A DNA stretch of 56,656 bases from Bacteroidota bacterium (lineage in GTDB: Bacteria > Bacteroidota > Bacteroidia > Bacteroidales > ML635J-15): positions 2,965 through 59,620 of the forward strand of contig JBNJGS010000009.1 of assembly GCA_051747965.1 (NCBI GenBank). The letters run 5' to 3'. This document shows positions 9,747-19,078 of this stretch, piece after piece. The notes beneath the pieces are model-generated. The model worked only from the letters and a program-made list of their open reading frames with translations. It was not told where the DNA came from and made no database searches. How positions within the stretch are numbered: position 1 is the stretch's first letter; every line of letters starts with the position of its first letter. A program made the position numbers and the translations under genes.

Positions 9747-10325
9747 TTAGTTCAACTCCGGATCTTCGGGAAAATTGCGCCATATCTGATAGCGTTCATT
9801 TACAAAGCCAAGTGACCGGCTCCATTTTGAATGGCTGTCAGAAAACACAAAATCTTCAGGTATGTCTTTGGCTACAAGCCAGGCCCCTTCATCAAGCTCG
9901 TCACTTAACTGTCCTTCGGTCCAGCCTGAGTAACCCAGGAAAAACACAATTTTATCGGAAGAAATCACCCCGGCGTGCAACATTTCCTTAATGGAGGAAA
10001 AGTCACCACCCCACCATAGCTTATCAGTAACCTGCACAGCATCCTTAATCAGGTCACCATAGGTATGCAGATAATAAAGCTTGTCTGTATCAACAGGTCC
10101 GCCAAGGAAAATATCAAAATCAAGCTGGTCAAACTCAGACAATACCTGCCCGATTTTGATTCCTGCAGGTTTATTGAGTATCAGACCGGCATGCTTATTT
10201 TTGGCATCATCAACAAGCAAAATAACTGAGCGACTGAAAATCAGATCAGGCAGAATAGGTTCGGCAATGAGCATTCTTCCTTTTTCCGGCTTCAATTGTG
10301 TTCCGGTAATTTGAAATATATCCAT
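9747..10325 (-). CDS. YqgE/AlgH family protein
   Basis: LIAEP, FSRSVILL, GLILNKP, FLGGPV, FFLGYSGWTEGQL..EL..GAW, PELN end; exact start uncertain (10325-10355). Confidence 0.9.
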   Translation of the reverse strand: MDIFQITGTQLKPEKGRMLIAEPILPDLIFSRSVILLVDDAKNKHAGLILNKPAGIKIGQVLSEFDQLDFDIFLGGPVDTDKLYYLHTYGDLIKDAVQVTDKLWWGGDFSSIKEMLHAGVISSDKIVFFLGYSGWTEGQLSDELDEGAWLVAKDIPEDFVFSDSHSKWSRSLGFVNERYQIWRNFPEDPELN

Positions 10326-10499
10326 GTCCAGTTTCATCTTTTGCAAGATAAGCATTTCCTAAAGCATTGATGCAGGTATATTTACTGATTTTTTCAAATC
10401 TTATACTTTTACTATTTTTATCGATAAAAGCTTCCTTATTTTCAAATACTATGGCAACATTCCTTACTATTTACAGATTTTTCACTTTATCTCCGGCAA

Positions 10500-11225
10500 C
10501 TACTTTAGCATGTTCCGTAGTCTTGTTGCACCACTCTTACTGGTATGCAGGCACTTTCCATTACTCATTTTCACACTGAGTACATCTTTTTTGTAGGGTT
10601 CAATTGTCTCAATTGCATGCAAATTAATAATGTAGCTCCTGTGAATCCGGATAAAATGCGGAGGAAGATGTTGCTCAAAATACTTCATGGTCTTTGATTT
10701 CAGATATCTGTCTTTTTCGGTGTGAATCATCACATAATCATCTTCGGCAGTCAGAAAAATGACCTCACTGACCTGCAAAATACGCACTGCCCTGCCCTTT
10801 TTTACAACAAGCCTGTCGAGTTGGTCCTTTTGATCATCGTGATAACTTTTCAGACGGTTCAGGGCGTCAGAAGTCATTTTGCGCTCTCTGAATTTTTCTA
10901 CGGCTTCCTCCAGGCGCTCCTTGTCAAAAGGCTTCATCAGATAGTCTACAGCATTGATTTCGAAAGCTTTCAATGCATACTCGTCATATGCTGTGGTAAA
11001 AATCACGGCAGGTGGATTATCCAAAAGCTCCAGCATTTCAAAACCGGTGAGTTTCGGCATTTGTATATCCAGGAAAACAAGATCCGGCTGAATATCTGCA
11101 ATGGCTTTCATGGCTTCAAATCCGTTGGCTGCCTCTCCGGCAATTTCAACATCCTTCATTGCAGACAAATATACGTTCAGCAAATCACGGGCCGGTTTTT
11201 CATCATCAACAATCAATACTTTCAT
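10500..11225 (-). CDS. LytTR-family response regulator
   Basis: REC (IVDDEKPAR, FLDIQMP, IFTTAYDEYA, DYLMKP) plus LytTR motif FIRIHRSYIIN. Confidence 0.95.
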   Translation of the reverse strand: MKVLIVDDEKPARDLLNVYLSAMKDVEIAGEAANGFEAMKAIADIQPDLVFLDIQMPKLTGFEMLELLDNPPAVIFTTAYDEYALKAFEINAVDYLMKPFDKERLEEAVEKFRERKMTSDALNRLKSYHDDQKDQLDRLVVKKGRAVRILQVSEVIFLTAEDDYVMIHTEKDRYLKSKTMKYFEQHLPPHFIRIHRSYIINLHAIETIEPYKKDVLSVKMSNGKCLHTSKSGATRLRNMLK

Positions 11226-11228
11226 GTC

Positions 11229-12272
11229 TTAGGATTTTGGAATGTACAAATCAACAATAAATACACCATCAGCTTTGTTTATTTTAAGTAATCCGCCGGT
11301 ATCATACAACAAATGCAGTCTCTTACGAACACTGCTGATGCCGATGCCCTCTCCTTTTCTAACCGGAGCTTCCGGGTCATAATCATTTGTAATCCTGATA
11401 TGCAGAAATCGCTCGCTGCATTCAATGGATGTCTCTATCTCAACAAGATCATCGCTTTCGTACACACCGTGCTTAACTGCATTTTCATACAAAGGCTGCA
11501 GGCAGAGTACGGGAATTTTTATGCTTTTGCACTCCGGGGGAACATCAAAATCGAAGCGAAGTTTTTCTCCAAATCTGGCCTGTTCAATTTCCAGATAACG
11601 CCGGCAGTTTTTTATTTCATTTTCCAACTCTGTCATATCATCCGGACTTGTTTTCAGGGAATAGCGCATATAATCAGACAAGCGTACAATCATGCTTCTG
11701 GCACGCTCCGGTGCTGTCACGCTAAGGGATGCCACTGAATTCAGACTATTGAATAAAAAATGCGGATTGATCTGACTTTTCAGAACTTTCAGTTCAGCTT
11801 CACGCAGATTTCGGGCCAGTTTCACCTGGTTGATCTCCCGCTCCTTCATATCCTGATGATAGCTCATCACATAATACATGGTAATCAGAATAAAATAAAA
11901 CAAGCTGCCTTCCAGAACCTTGTACAGCCGGACACCTTCAGCCATTTCCTGTATCCTGCTGCCGGTAAACAGGTAAAAAATCATCTCGCCAAGCATCAGC
12001 CATATAAAAATAAACACAAGCATACCCAAAAAATGTTTTCCCAGAAAACTCACAAAGTGTTGCTTTCCGGGAACAATGCCGTAGGTAAGATACCACAGAC
12101 TCAAGCCCATTACGGCATATAAAACAATGCTGATCCCTGTATCCAGCATGGCATTTCCTGCCGACACATGCAATAATTTGTGCATCGACAGGAAATGTAT
12201 GGCCGCCGGTATTATCCAGGTAGCAAAATAATAAAAGACATGCTTTGATCGCTGAAACAGAGGATGCAGCAT
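11229..12272 (-). CDS. LytS-type sensor histidine kinase
   Basis: Four N-terminal TM helices; LKSQINPHFLFNSLN; LQPLYENAVKHG; GEGIG. Confidence 0.95.
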   Translation of the reverse strand: MLHPLFQRSKHVFYYFATWIIPAAIHFLSMHKLLHVSAGNAMLDTGISIVLYAVMGLSLWYLTYGIVPGKQHFVSFLGKHFLGMLVFIFIWLMLGEMIFYLFTGSRIQEMAEGVRLYKVLEGSLFYFILITMYYVMSYHQDMKEREINQVKLARNLREAELKVLKSQINPHFLFNSLNSVASLSVTAPERARSMIVRLSDYMRYSLKTSPDDMTELENEIKNCRRYLEIEQARFGEKLRFDFDVPPECKSIKIPVLCLQPLYENAVKHGVYESDDLVEIETSIECSERFLHIRITNDYDPEAPVRKGEGIGISSVRKRLHLLYDTGGLLKINKADGVFIVDLYIPKS

Positions 12273-12281
12273 AATTTATTC

Positions 12282-13070
12282 TTATTTTCTGACTACAGAA
12301 CTGATTTCACCTCCCCCGAACACACATGCACCGGTAAGATGCAGGCGGCGGGAATAATCCACATGCCTGTCCGTCACAATATGCCGGCGGTCTGTCACGC
12401 CACCAAGAATGCCGGTAACATCAACAACCACATCCCAGTCGGCAGGTACAATGAGCTTGGTGCCACCAAAAATACAGCTTATTTCAAGCTTCTGGTCTCC
12501 TTCTGCCAGCTCTGCATTGGTCAGGTCGATTTCCGATCCGCCAAACACACAGGTAATTTGTCCGCCGCGAAAATTCTGACTGGTTACATTGAATTTATTG
12601 CCACCGAAAATATTGGTATCATCCAGCACATCACCATCTACGGCATTCCTGATCATTTCCTTACGCAACTTCTGGATATTCCCGATTTTGGTAAGAAATG
12701 CCAGGCCGACAAGAATTAGTATGATCGGCCAGAACACGAGATTTGCATCCACAGGCAACTCATTGTATTTGGCAAAAAGAAACAGGCCACCGGTAAATAT
12801 CAAGGCCACACTAAACCACAAATTGCTTTTTCGCCCCAGCAAACCCATGATTCCAATGGCAATCAACAATGATTGCCAGGAAATTACGTATTCCCTGATT
12901 GTCGAATCAATATAGTTCAGGTTGGCCCCAAGCCAAACCAGGCCTGCACCGACAAGTACAAGGCCGATAAACACACGTTTGGCAATATTCATCTCACCTT
13001 TATGATGCTCATGTTTTCTGCCACCGTGTCCGGATTTTTGTTCTTCCATCTTGTTTTCTGTTTTCATCAT
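12282..13070 (-). CDS. LiaF-like membrane protein (TM region plus C-terminal DUF2154-like beta domain)
   Basis: Four TMs (ISWQSLLIAIG, FWPIILILVG) followed by repeated IFGG/VFGG motifs. The promoter at 13109-13116 excludes the listed 13139 start, leaving 13070 or 13049. Confidence 0.85.
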   Translation of the reverse strand: MMKTENKMEEQKSGHGGRKHEHHKGEMNIAKRVFIGLVLVGAGLVWLGANLNYIDSTIREYVISWQSLLIAIGIMGLLGRKSNLWFSVALIFTGGLFLFAKYNELPVDANLVFWPIILILVGLAFLTKIGNIQKLRKEMIRNAVDGDVLDDTNIFGGNKFNVTSQNFRGGQITCVFGGSEIDLTNAELAEGDQKLEISCIFGGTKLIVPADWDVVVDVTGILGGVTDRRHIVTDRHVDYSRRLHLTGACVFGGGEISSVVRK

Positions 13071-13108
13071 TGCAAAATTTAAAATTAAACAAATTATTGA
13101 ATCTGATA

Positions 13109-13178
13109 CAAACATACGCTCCTGCATCAGGCTTTTCAATGATGAATCGGTGAACGGGAGAATATTTCCGGTAAATGG
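13109..13178 (-). promoter_or_regulatory. Promoter (-7 TATGTTTG) with two upstream LytTR-type direct repeats
   Basis: Minus strand reads CCATTTACCG-N11-CCGTTCACCG (13178-13169 and 13157-13148, 21-bp period), upstream of TATGTTTG at 13116-13109. Confidence 0.65.
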
Positions 13179-13516
13179 CAGAAGAAAACAGGTTTTACCA
13201 ATATCGCTGATACCTGCTTGCGGGGCATGTCATCGGCTACTGTCTCTGCCTGCAAGCTACCGAATACCGGCATGTTACGCTACATCCGATAAGCTACAGC
13301 AATAAACACATCTTTCATTTAATCCGCAGTTTGCCGGAAATATTTTTCGAAAAAATCAATGCAATACAGAACAGAAAAGCTTATTTCATTGTTAAATTTA
13401 TGGCATTGCAAGTTAGCGTTATGTTAAACATCTTGCTTATCTGAATAAAATCTACTACTTTCATAGACAGAAAGAAAAGAATGAAACAATTAAACAAAAT
13501 TTTAAAATTTCTTAGC

Positions 13517-16500
13517 ATGAAAAAAACTATACTTATTTTACTGGCAGCATTGCTGTTCACACCGCTATTCAGTCAAAACACAAAACTGTTGCGATTCCCT
13601 GACATACATCAGGACAAGATTGTTTTCGCCTATGGTGGAAATCTTTATACCACAAGCGTTGATGGCGGCATAGCACGCCGTCTTACCAGCGACGAAGGGT
13701 ATGAAATGTTTCCGCACTACTCACCCGACGGGTCACAAATTGCCTTTACTGCGCAGTATGACGGCAATACAGAGGTTTACATCATGCCTGCAGAAGGTGG
13801 CACACCCAAACGTATCACCTACACAGCTACCCTTGACCGCGATGACATTGCCGACCGCATGGGACCCAACAACATTGTCATGGGATGGACACCCGATGGC
13901 AAACATGTGGTGTTCCGCTCACGCATGAAATCTTTCAACTCCTTTGTAGGGCAGCTTTTCAAAGCTCCTGTTGACGGCAGCATGCATGAGCAGATACCAT
14001 TACCACGGGGATCATGGAATTCCTTCAGCAAAGACGGCAGTAAAATGGTATACAACCGGGTGTTCCGTGAATTCAGAACATGGAAGTATTACCGGGGAGG
14101 AATGGCTGATGACATCTGGCTTCATGATTTTGAAGACCACAGCACCAAACGCCTTTTCGAAAATGATGCGCAGGATATCATTCCCATGTGGATAGGAAAT
14201 AAAGTATATTTCATTTCAGATCGCGACCGCACGATGAATCTCTTTGCCTACGACTTTGAAAGTGAAAACACCGAGAAACTCACAGATTTCACAAACTACG
14301 ACATCAAATATCCCGGCTTCGATGACAATGCCATTGTATTTGAAAAAGGTGGTGAAATTCATCGTTACGATATTGCCTCCGCAGAAGTAAGTAAAATCAA
14401 CATACGCATTGCCGAAGACTTTGAGAACAGTCGCATGGCATATAAAGACGCCGGCGATAATGTGCGCGGTGTTACCCTTTCACCGGATGGAAAACGCGTT
14501 GTGCTCAGCGGGCGCGGGGAAATATTCACATTGCCTGCAGAACAGGGTCTCACCACCCGTATGACTGAATCCAACGATGCACATGACAGGTCTCCTGTAT
14601 GGAGCCCGGATGGCAAATACATTGCCTATTGGTCAGACAAAAGTGGTGAATACCAGCTTTATCTCCAGGACAAAGACGGCAAAAAAGCACCAAAGCAACT
14701 GACTGAAAATCAAGACACCTATCCATACAGCCTCATCTGGTCACCGGACAGCAAAAAACTTATGTGGGGTGACAAAAAACTCCGCCTGCGCTACATCGAT
14801 GTGGAAGCCGGAGAAATCACTGAAGTGGCAAATTCAGGGTATAACGAAATTCGTGATTATACATGGTCACCGGACAGCAAGTGGATTGCATACGCTGACG
14901 CTGATGATAACCGCATGAGCCGGATTTATCTCTACAGTCTGAAAGAAAAATCCCAAATTCCTGTCACCAGTGAATGGTACGATTCATCCAACCCTACATT
15001 TTCAGATTGCGGAAAACTACTGTTTTTTACATCCAATCGTGATTTCAACCCCATATACAGCCAGACAGAATGGAACCATGCTTACCGCGATATGTCAAGA
15101 ATATACTATCTCACGCTGGCAGCAGAAACACCTGATCCTCTGGCACCGGAGAATGATGAGGTAGAAATTAAAGACACTGACGACAGCGAAGAAGAAAAGG
15201 ATGAGGACAAAACCATCAATGTAGATAAAGATGGCATTCAGGATCGTCTGGGCGTACTTCCGGTGAAACCCGCATCTTACTGGAACCTGAGTTTTGCAGA
15301 TAATAAATTGTATTTCAACCAGTATCGCTTAAAGCACAATTCTGAGCTCAAACTATTTGATTTTAAGAAAGAAGAAGTCAAAGAGCTTGGCTCAGGCATG
15401 GGCTATGAAATATCAGATGACAACAAAAAGATGCTGATTTCCAAATCCGGCAAATATTATGTTGTAGACCTGCCCTCATCTGAACCCAAACTTGATCAGG
15501 AAATTGACATGTCGAATATGAAAATCTGGGTAGACCTGCACAAAGAATGGGAGCAGATATACAATGAAGCCTGGCGTCAGATGCGTGATTTCTTTTACGA
15601 TCCCGGAATGCATGGTGTGGACTGGAAAGACATGCACGACAAGTATGCTGTATTCTTGCCCTATGTCAATCACAGGAATGACCTCACCTACCTGATTGGT
15701 GAATTGATTGGTGAACTCAACGTTGGGCATGCCTATGCAGGTGGCGGTGACCGGGAAACTCCGGACAAAATATACACCGGTCTGCTTGGCGCCGAATTTG
15801 AAAAAGACAAATCCGGTTATTTCAGAATCACCAACCTGCTGAAAGGCAAAAACTGGCATGACGAATACACAGCTCCCCTTACAGGTATCGGGAAGAATGT
15901 CAGTCAGGGAGATTATATCATCTCCATCAACGGTAAATCCACCAAAGAAACAGACAATATTTACAGTTTAATGCTGGGTGATGGTGGCGAAAAGCTTTTT
16001 ATTGAAGTCAATGACAAAGCCAAAGCCGACGGCTCACGCGAAATGATTATCGAAACAAGCAAAGACGAGGCAAAGCTGTACTATTACGAGTGGGTACAGG
16101 AAAACATCCGTACGGTAAACGAGGCCACTGACGGGCGTGTAGGTTACATTCACGTTCCAAACATGGTCACCGAAGGACTGAATGAGTTTGTCAAACACTT
16201 TTATCCACAGCTCACCAAAGAGGGTCTGATCATTGATGACAGAGGCAACGGAGGCGGCAATGTATCACCCATGATCATTGAGCGACTGCGCAGGGAGCTG
16301 GCCATGATGGGCATGGGCAGAAATGTTCCCAACCCGGGTACACGCCCCCGCGGCATGCATGTCGGACCAAAAGTACTGCTGGTGAACCAGTATTCTGCCT
16401 CGGACGGAGACCTTTTCCCCTACCAGTTCCGCAAACATGAACTTGGCACCATCATAGGTGTACGAACCTGGGGCGGAGTTGTGGGCATCCGCGGATCTCT

Positions 16501-16756
16501 GCCTTTCATTGACGGAGGTACCATGCGCAAACCCGAGTTCGCTCATTTTGCTGCTGACGGCAGTGACTGGATTATTGAAGGACATGGTGTTGAACCCGAT
16601 ATTGAGGTATGGAATGATCCCTGGAAAGAATTTCAGGGCACCGATCAACAACTCAGGAAAGCCATTGAGGTCATTAAAAAACAACTCGAAGAAAACCCAC
16701 CGCAAATTCCGGATATCCCCGACTTCCCGGACAAAAGCGGAAATGACAAGGAGTAA
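13517..16756 (+). CDS. Tricorn protease homolog (S41 family)
   Basis: Signal peptide; LLRFPDIH; WSPD beta-propeller repeats; AWRQMRDFFYDPGMHGVDW; GELNVGHAY; PDZ region; DDRGNGGG; catalytic SASDGD; RTWGG. Confidence 0.95.
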   Translation: MKKTILILLAALLFTPLFSQNTKLLRFPDIHQDKIVFAYGGNLYTTSVDGGIARRLTSDEGYEMFPHYSPDGSQIAFTAQYDGNTEVYIMPAEGGTPKRITYTATLDRDDIADRMGPNNIVMGWTPDGKHVVFRSRMKSFNSFVGQLFKAPVDGSMHEQIPLPRGSWNSFSKDGSKMVYNRVFREFRTWKYYRGGMADDIWLHDFEDHSTKRLFENDAQDIIPMWIGNKVYFISDRDRTMNLFAYDFESENTEKLTDFTNYDIKYPGFDDNAIVFEKGGEIHRYDIASAEVSKINIRIAEDFENSRMAYKDAGDNVRGVTLSPDGKRVVLSGRGEIFTLPAEQGLTTRMTESNDAHDRSPVWSPDGKYIAYWSDKSGEYQLYLQDKDGKKAPKQLTENQDTYPYSLIWSPDSKKLMWGDKKLRLRYIDVEAGEITEVANSGYNEIRDYTWSPDSKWIAYADADDNRMSRIYLYSLKEKSQIPVTSEWYDSSNPTFSDCGKLLFFTSNRDFNPIYSQTEWNHAYRDMSRIYYLTLAAETPDPLAPENDEVEIKDTDDSEEEKDEDKTINVDKDGIQDRLGVLPVKPASYWNLSFADNKLYFNQYRLKHNSELKLFDFKKEEVKELGSGMGYEISDDNKKMLISKSGKYYVVDLPSSEPKLDQEIDMSNMKIWVDLHKEWEQIYNEAWRQMRDFFYDPGMHGVDWKDMHDKYAVFLPYVNHRNDLTYLIGELIGELNVGHAYAGGGDRETPDKIYTGLLGAEFEKDKSGYFRITNLLKGKNWHDEYTAPLTGIGKNVSQGDYIISINGKSTKETDNIYSLMLGDGGEKLFIEVNDKAKADGSREMIIETSKDEAKLYYYEWVQENIRTVNEATDGRVGYIHVPNMVTEGLNEFVKHFYPQLTKEGLIIDDRGNGGGNVSPMIIERLRRELAMMGMGRNVPNPGTRPRGMHVGPKVLLVNQYSASDGDLFPYQFRKHELGTIIGVRTWGGVVGIRGSLPFIDGGTMRKPEFAHFAADGSDWIIEGHGVEPDIEVWNDPWKEFQGTDQQLRKAIEVIKKQLEENPPQIPDIPDFPDKSGNDKE

Positions 16757-16781
16757 AGTAATCAATGATATTTTCACTCAG

Positions 16782-16820
16782 AATGCAGAGGCTTTTCCGA
16801 AAAGTCTCTGCATTTTTCTT
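16782..16820 (+). terminator. Intrinsic terminator
   Basis: AATGCAGAGGCTTTT..AAAAGTCTCTGCATT hairpin followed by T-rich tail. Confidence 0.8.
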
Positions 16821-16916
16821 ATCCCCCCAGGGATTAACAGAATAATTTTGGTTTTCCGGAATTTTCATGTAATTTTATGCTGTTAACTAATAACTAATAA
16901 AACAAAATTTACCGCT

Positions 16917-17279
16917 ATGAAAAAACTATCAATTTTTATGTTTGCCGCTTTGATCGGTCTGTTTGCAATTTCATGTAACAATAATGAAGAAGCCAAGGAC
17001 GAGGCAAAGGATGAAACCAAAACAGAACAAAAGGACGAAGCCAAGGATGATGCAGCAGAAGATGCTGATGAAGCCAAGAATGATGAAAGTACTGACGAAG
17101 GAGAAACCACTTCGGAAGACACGGAAGATTCCGAAAATGAAAACCAGGTAACCAAAAAAAGCTCCAAAGAGGAGAAATCTTCAGGAACCAGGGTTGAAGT
17201 GCCTGAATTAGAAAAGAAAACAGTTGAAAAGAAAGACCAGGTACAAACTGAAGAAACCGAGAGTGATATTGACATGTAA
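16917..17279 (+). CDS. Acidic low-complexity lipoprotein, hypothetical
   Basis: MKKLSIFMFAALIGLFAIS-C lipobox; D/E/K-rich body; own terminator. Confidence 0.8.
   Translation: MKKLSIFMFAALIGLFAISCNNNEEAKDEAKDETKTEQKDEAKDDAAEDADEAKNDESTDEGETTSEDTEDSENENQVTKKSSKEEKSSGTRVEVPELEKKTVEKKDQVQTEETESDIDM
16989..17048 (+). repeat. Five degenerate 12-nt tandem repeats encoding E-x-K-D/T
   Basis: gaagccaaggac gaggcaaaggat gaaaccaaaaca gaacaaaaggac gaagccaaggat. Confidence 0.6.
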
Positions 17280-17301
17280 ATGACAAATCCTACATATTAA
17301 C

Positions 17302-17327
17302 AGGGGGCTGTTATGCAGCCCCCTTTT
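17302..17327 (+). terminator. Intrinsic terminator directly before the next ATG
   Basis: AGGGGGCTG-TTATG-CAGCCCCCT followed by TTT. Confidence 0.75.
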
Positions 17328-17329
17328 CT

Positions 17330-18244
17330 ATGCTTTCAATCTGTATACCCATATTTAACCATGTTTCAGAAGATCTGATATTTCAGCTTGAGCACCAGGC
17401 TGATAAAATCGATCAGGCTGTAGAAATCATTTTGTTTGATGATCATTCCGAAAAGGATATGCAAGCTGTTTACAAAAAATTTGCAGATCTCAAACACATC
17501 AGAATTCACAAATCCGACAAAAACCTTGGCAGAGCCGGAGTACGTAACCGTTTGGCAGAGCTGTCAAAACACGAATATCTCTTATTCATTGATGCCGATT
17601 CTGAAACCCGGGATGACGGTTTTCTGGACAGATATCTGGATGCTTCAGAAAAAAACACAGTTTGTTGCGGCGGAACCATCTATCAGAAAAAAAAGCCGGA
17701 TTCGGACAAATTGCTAAGATGGAAATACGGACATGCAAGAGAAACTGTCAGTGCAGAAAAACGCAATAAAAATCCCTGGCAGCAATTTACCACCCACCAT
17801 TTTCTGATTGACAAATCTGTTTTTCAGAAGATTTGCTTTTCCGAAAGCATCCGTGGTTATGGTCATGAAGACAGTTTATTTGGCTATCAGTTGATGAAAC
17901 GGAACATCATAATAAAGCATATTGACAATCCACTGTACCACACAGGGCTTGAATCATCTGATGTGTTCCTTGAAAAAAGTAAAAAAGCCCTTGACAACCT
18001 GATCAAGCTGTATCATGACCCATCACTTGACGAGGATTTCAACCATTACATCAGATTGCTGGATTTTTATGAAAAGCAAAGAAAGGCAGGATTGCTTTGG
18101 CTGTGGAAAGCCGGCTACAGGCTTTTCAGAAATGTCATGAAACCTAATCTCAAAGGCAGTCACCCCAAAATAATCATCTTCGATCTATACAAATTTTCCT
18201 ATTTTGCGTATCATATAGAAAAAGCACAGGACTATGAAAAATAA
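17330..18244 (+). CDS. Glycosyltransferase family 2
   Basis: LSICIPIFN, FDDHS, NLGRAGVRN, FIDAD, YGHED. Confidence 0.9.
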   Translation: MLSICIPIFNHVSEDLIFQLEHQADKIDQAVEIILFDDHSEKDMQAVYKKFADLKHIRIHKSDKNLGRAGVRNRLAELSKHEYLLFIDADSETRDDGFLDRYLDASEKNTVCCGGTIYQKKKPDSDKLLRWKYGHARETVSAEKRNKNPWQQFTTHHFLIDKSVFQKICFSESIRGYGHEDSLFGYQLMKRNIIIKHIDNPLYHTGLESSDVFLEKSKKALDNLIKLYHDPSLDEDFNHYIRLLDFYEKQRKAGLLWLWKAGYRLFRNVMKPNLKGSHPKIIIFDLYKFSYFAYHIEKAQDYEK

Positions 18245-19031
18245 AAAATTATTTGTTTACGCTCTGCTTATCTTATTCCTTGTTGCCTGTTCAACTGTAC
18301 CACTAATCGATCGCAGGCAGGTGCTTCTTGTCCCCCAGGAATCACTATTATCTATGAGTTACAGCAATTATTCAGCTTTTCTGGATACAAATCAGACATC
18401 ATACAATCATCAGAATATAAAGCAGGTAAAAACCGCGGGTAACAAGATTTCTGCCTCAGTGGAGACATTTTTACAGGACAATGGTATGGAGGATCGCATA
18501 TCCCAATTTGACTGGGAGTTTAATCTCATACAAAACGATATAGTCAATGCCTGGTGTATGCCGGGTGGTAAGGTGGTTTTTTACAGTGGTATTTTACCAT
18601 TGTGTGAAAATGAGACAGGCATAGCAGTGGTAATGGGACATGAAATTGCCCATGCCGTAGCACGCCACGGGAACGAACGGATGTCTCAGCAACTGATGAT
18701 ACAGGCCGGAGGCATTGCATTATCAGAGTATATGGAAACAAAACCCGACCAAACCAGGCAAGTTTTTCTGAGTGCCTATGCCATTGGTTCACAAGTAGGT
18801 GTATTGCTCCCTTATTCCCGCAAGCATGAATATGAAGCTGACAAGCTGGGGTTGATATTTATGGCTATGGCTGGATACAATCCACAGGAAGCCGTGAATT
18901 TCTGGGAGCGCATGATGGAAAACAGCGGTGCAAAACCACCGGAATTTTTAAGTACACATCCTGCTGATGACAAACGCATTGCCGAAATGAAGAAAAATAT
19001 GCCCGAGGCAATGAAGTATTATAAGCAATAA
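18234..19031 (+). CDS. M48-family zinc metallopeptidase lipoprotein
   Basis: LVA-C lipobox; NAWCMPGGK; GHEIAH (HExxH); E.EAD; FLSTHP. Confidence 0.93.
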   Translation: MKNKKLFVYALLILFLVACSTVPLIDRRQVLLVPQESLLSMSYSNYSAFLDTNQTSYNHQNIKQVKTAGNKISASVETFLQDNGMEDRISQFDWEFNLIQNDIVNAWCMPGGKVVFYSGILPLCENETGIAVVMGHEIAHAVARHGNERMSQQLMIQAGGIALSEYMETKPDQTRQVFLSAYAIGSQVGVLLPYSRKHEYEADKLGLIFMAMAGYNPQEAVNFWERMMENSGAKPPEFLSTHPADDKRIAEMKKNMPEAMKYYKQ

Positions 19032-19078
19032 GCTACTTTAAGGATATCATTACAAGGCAATTTACCAGGAGAGAAAAG

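Noticed and set aside
13200-13300. Imperfect hairpin (GCTTGCGGGGCA/TGCCTGCAAGC) and recurring GCTAC/GGCATGT words
   Set aside because: Irregular spacing and no constant repeat-spacer period; not a CRISPR array or a recognisable riboswitch
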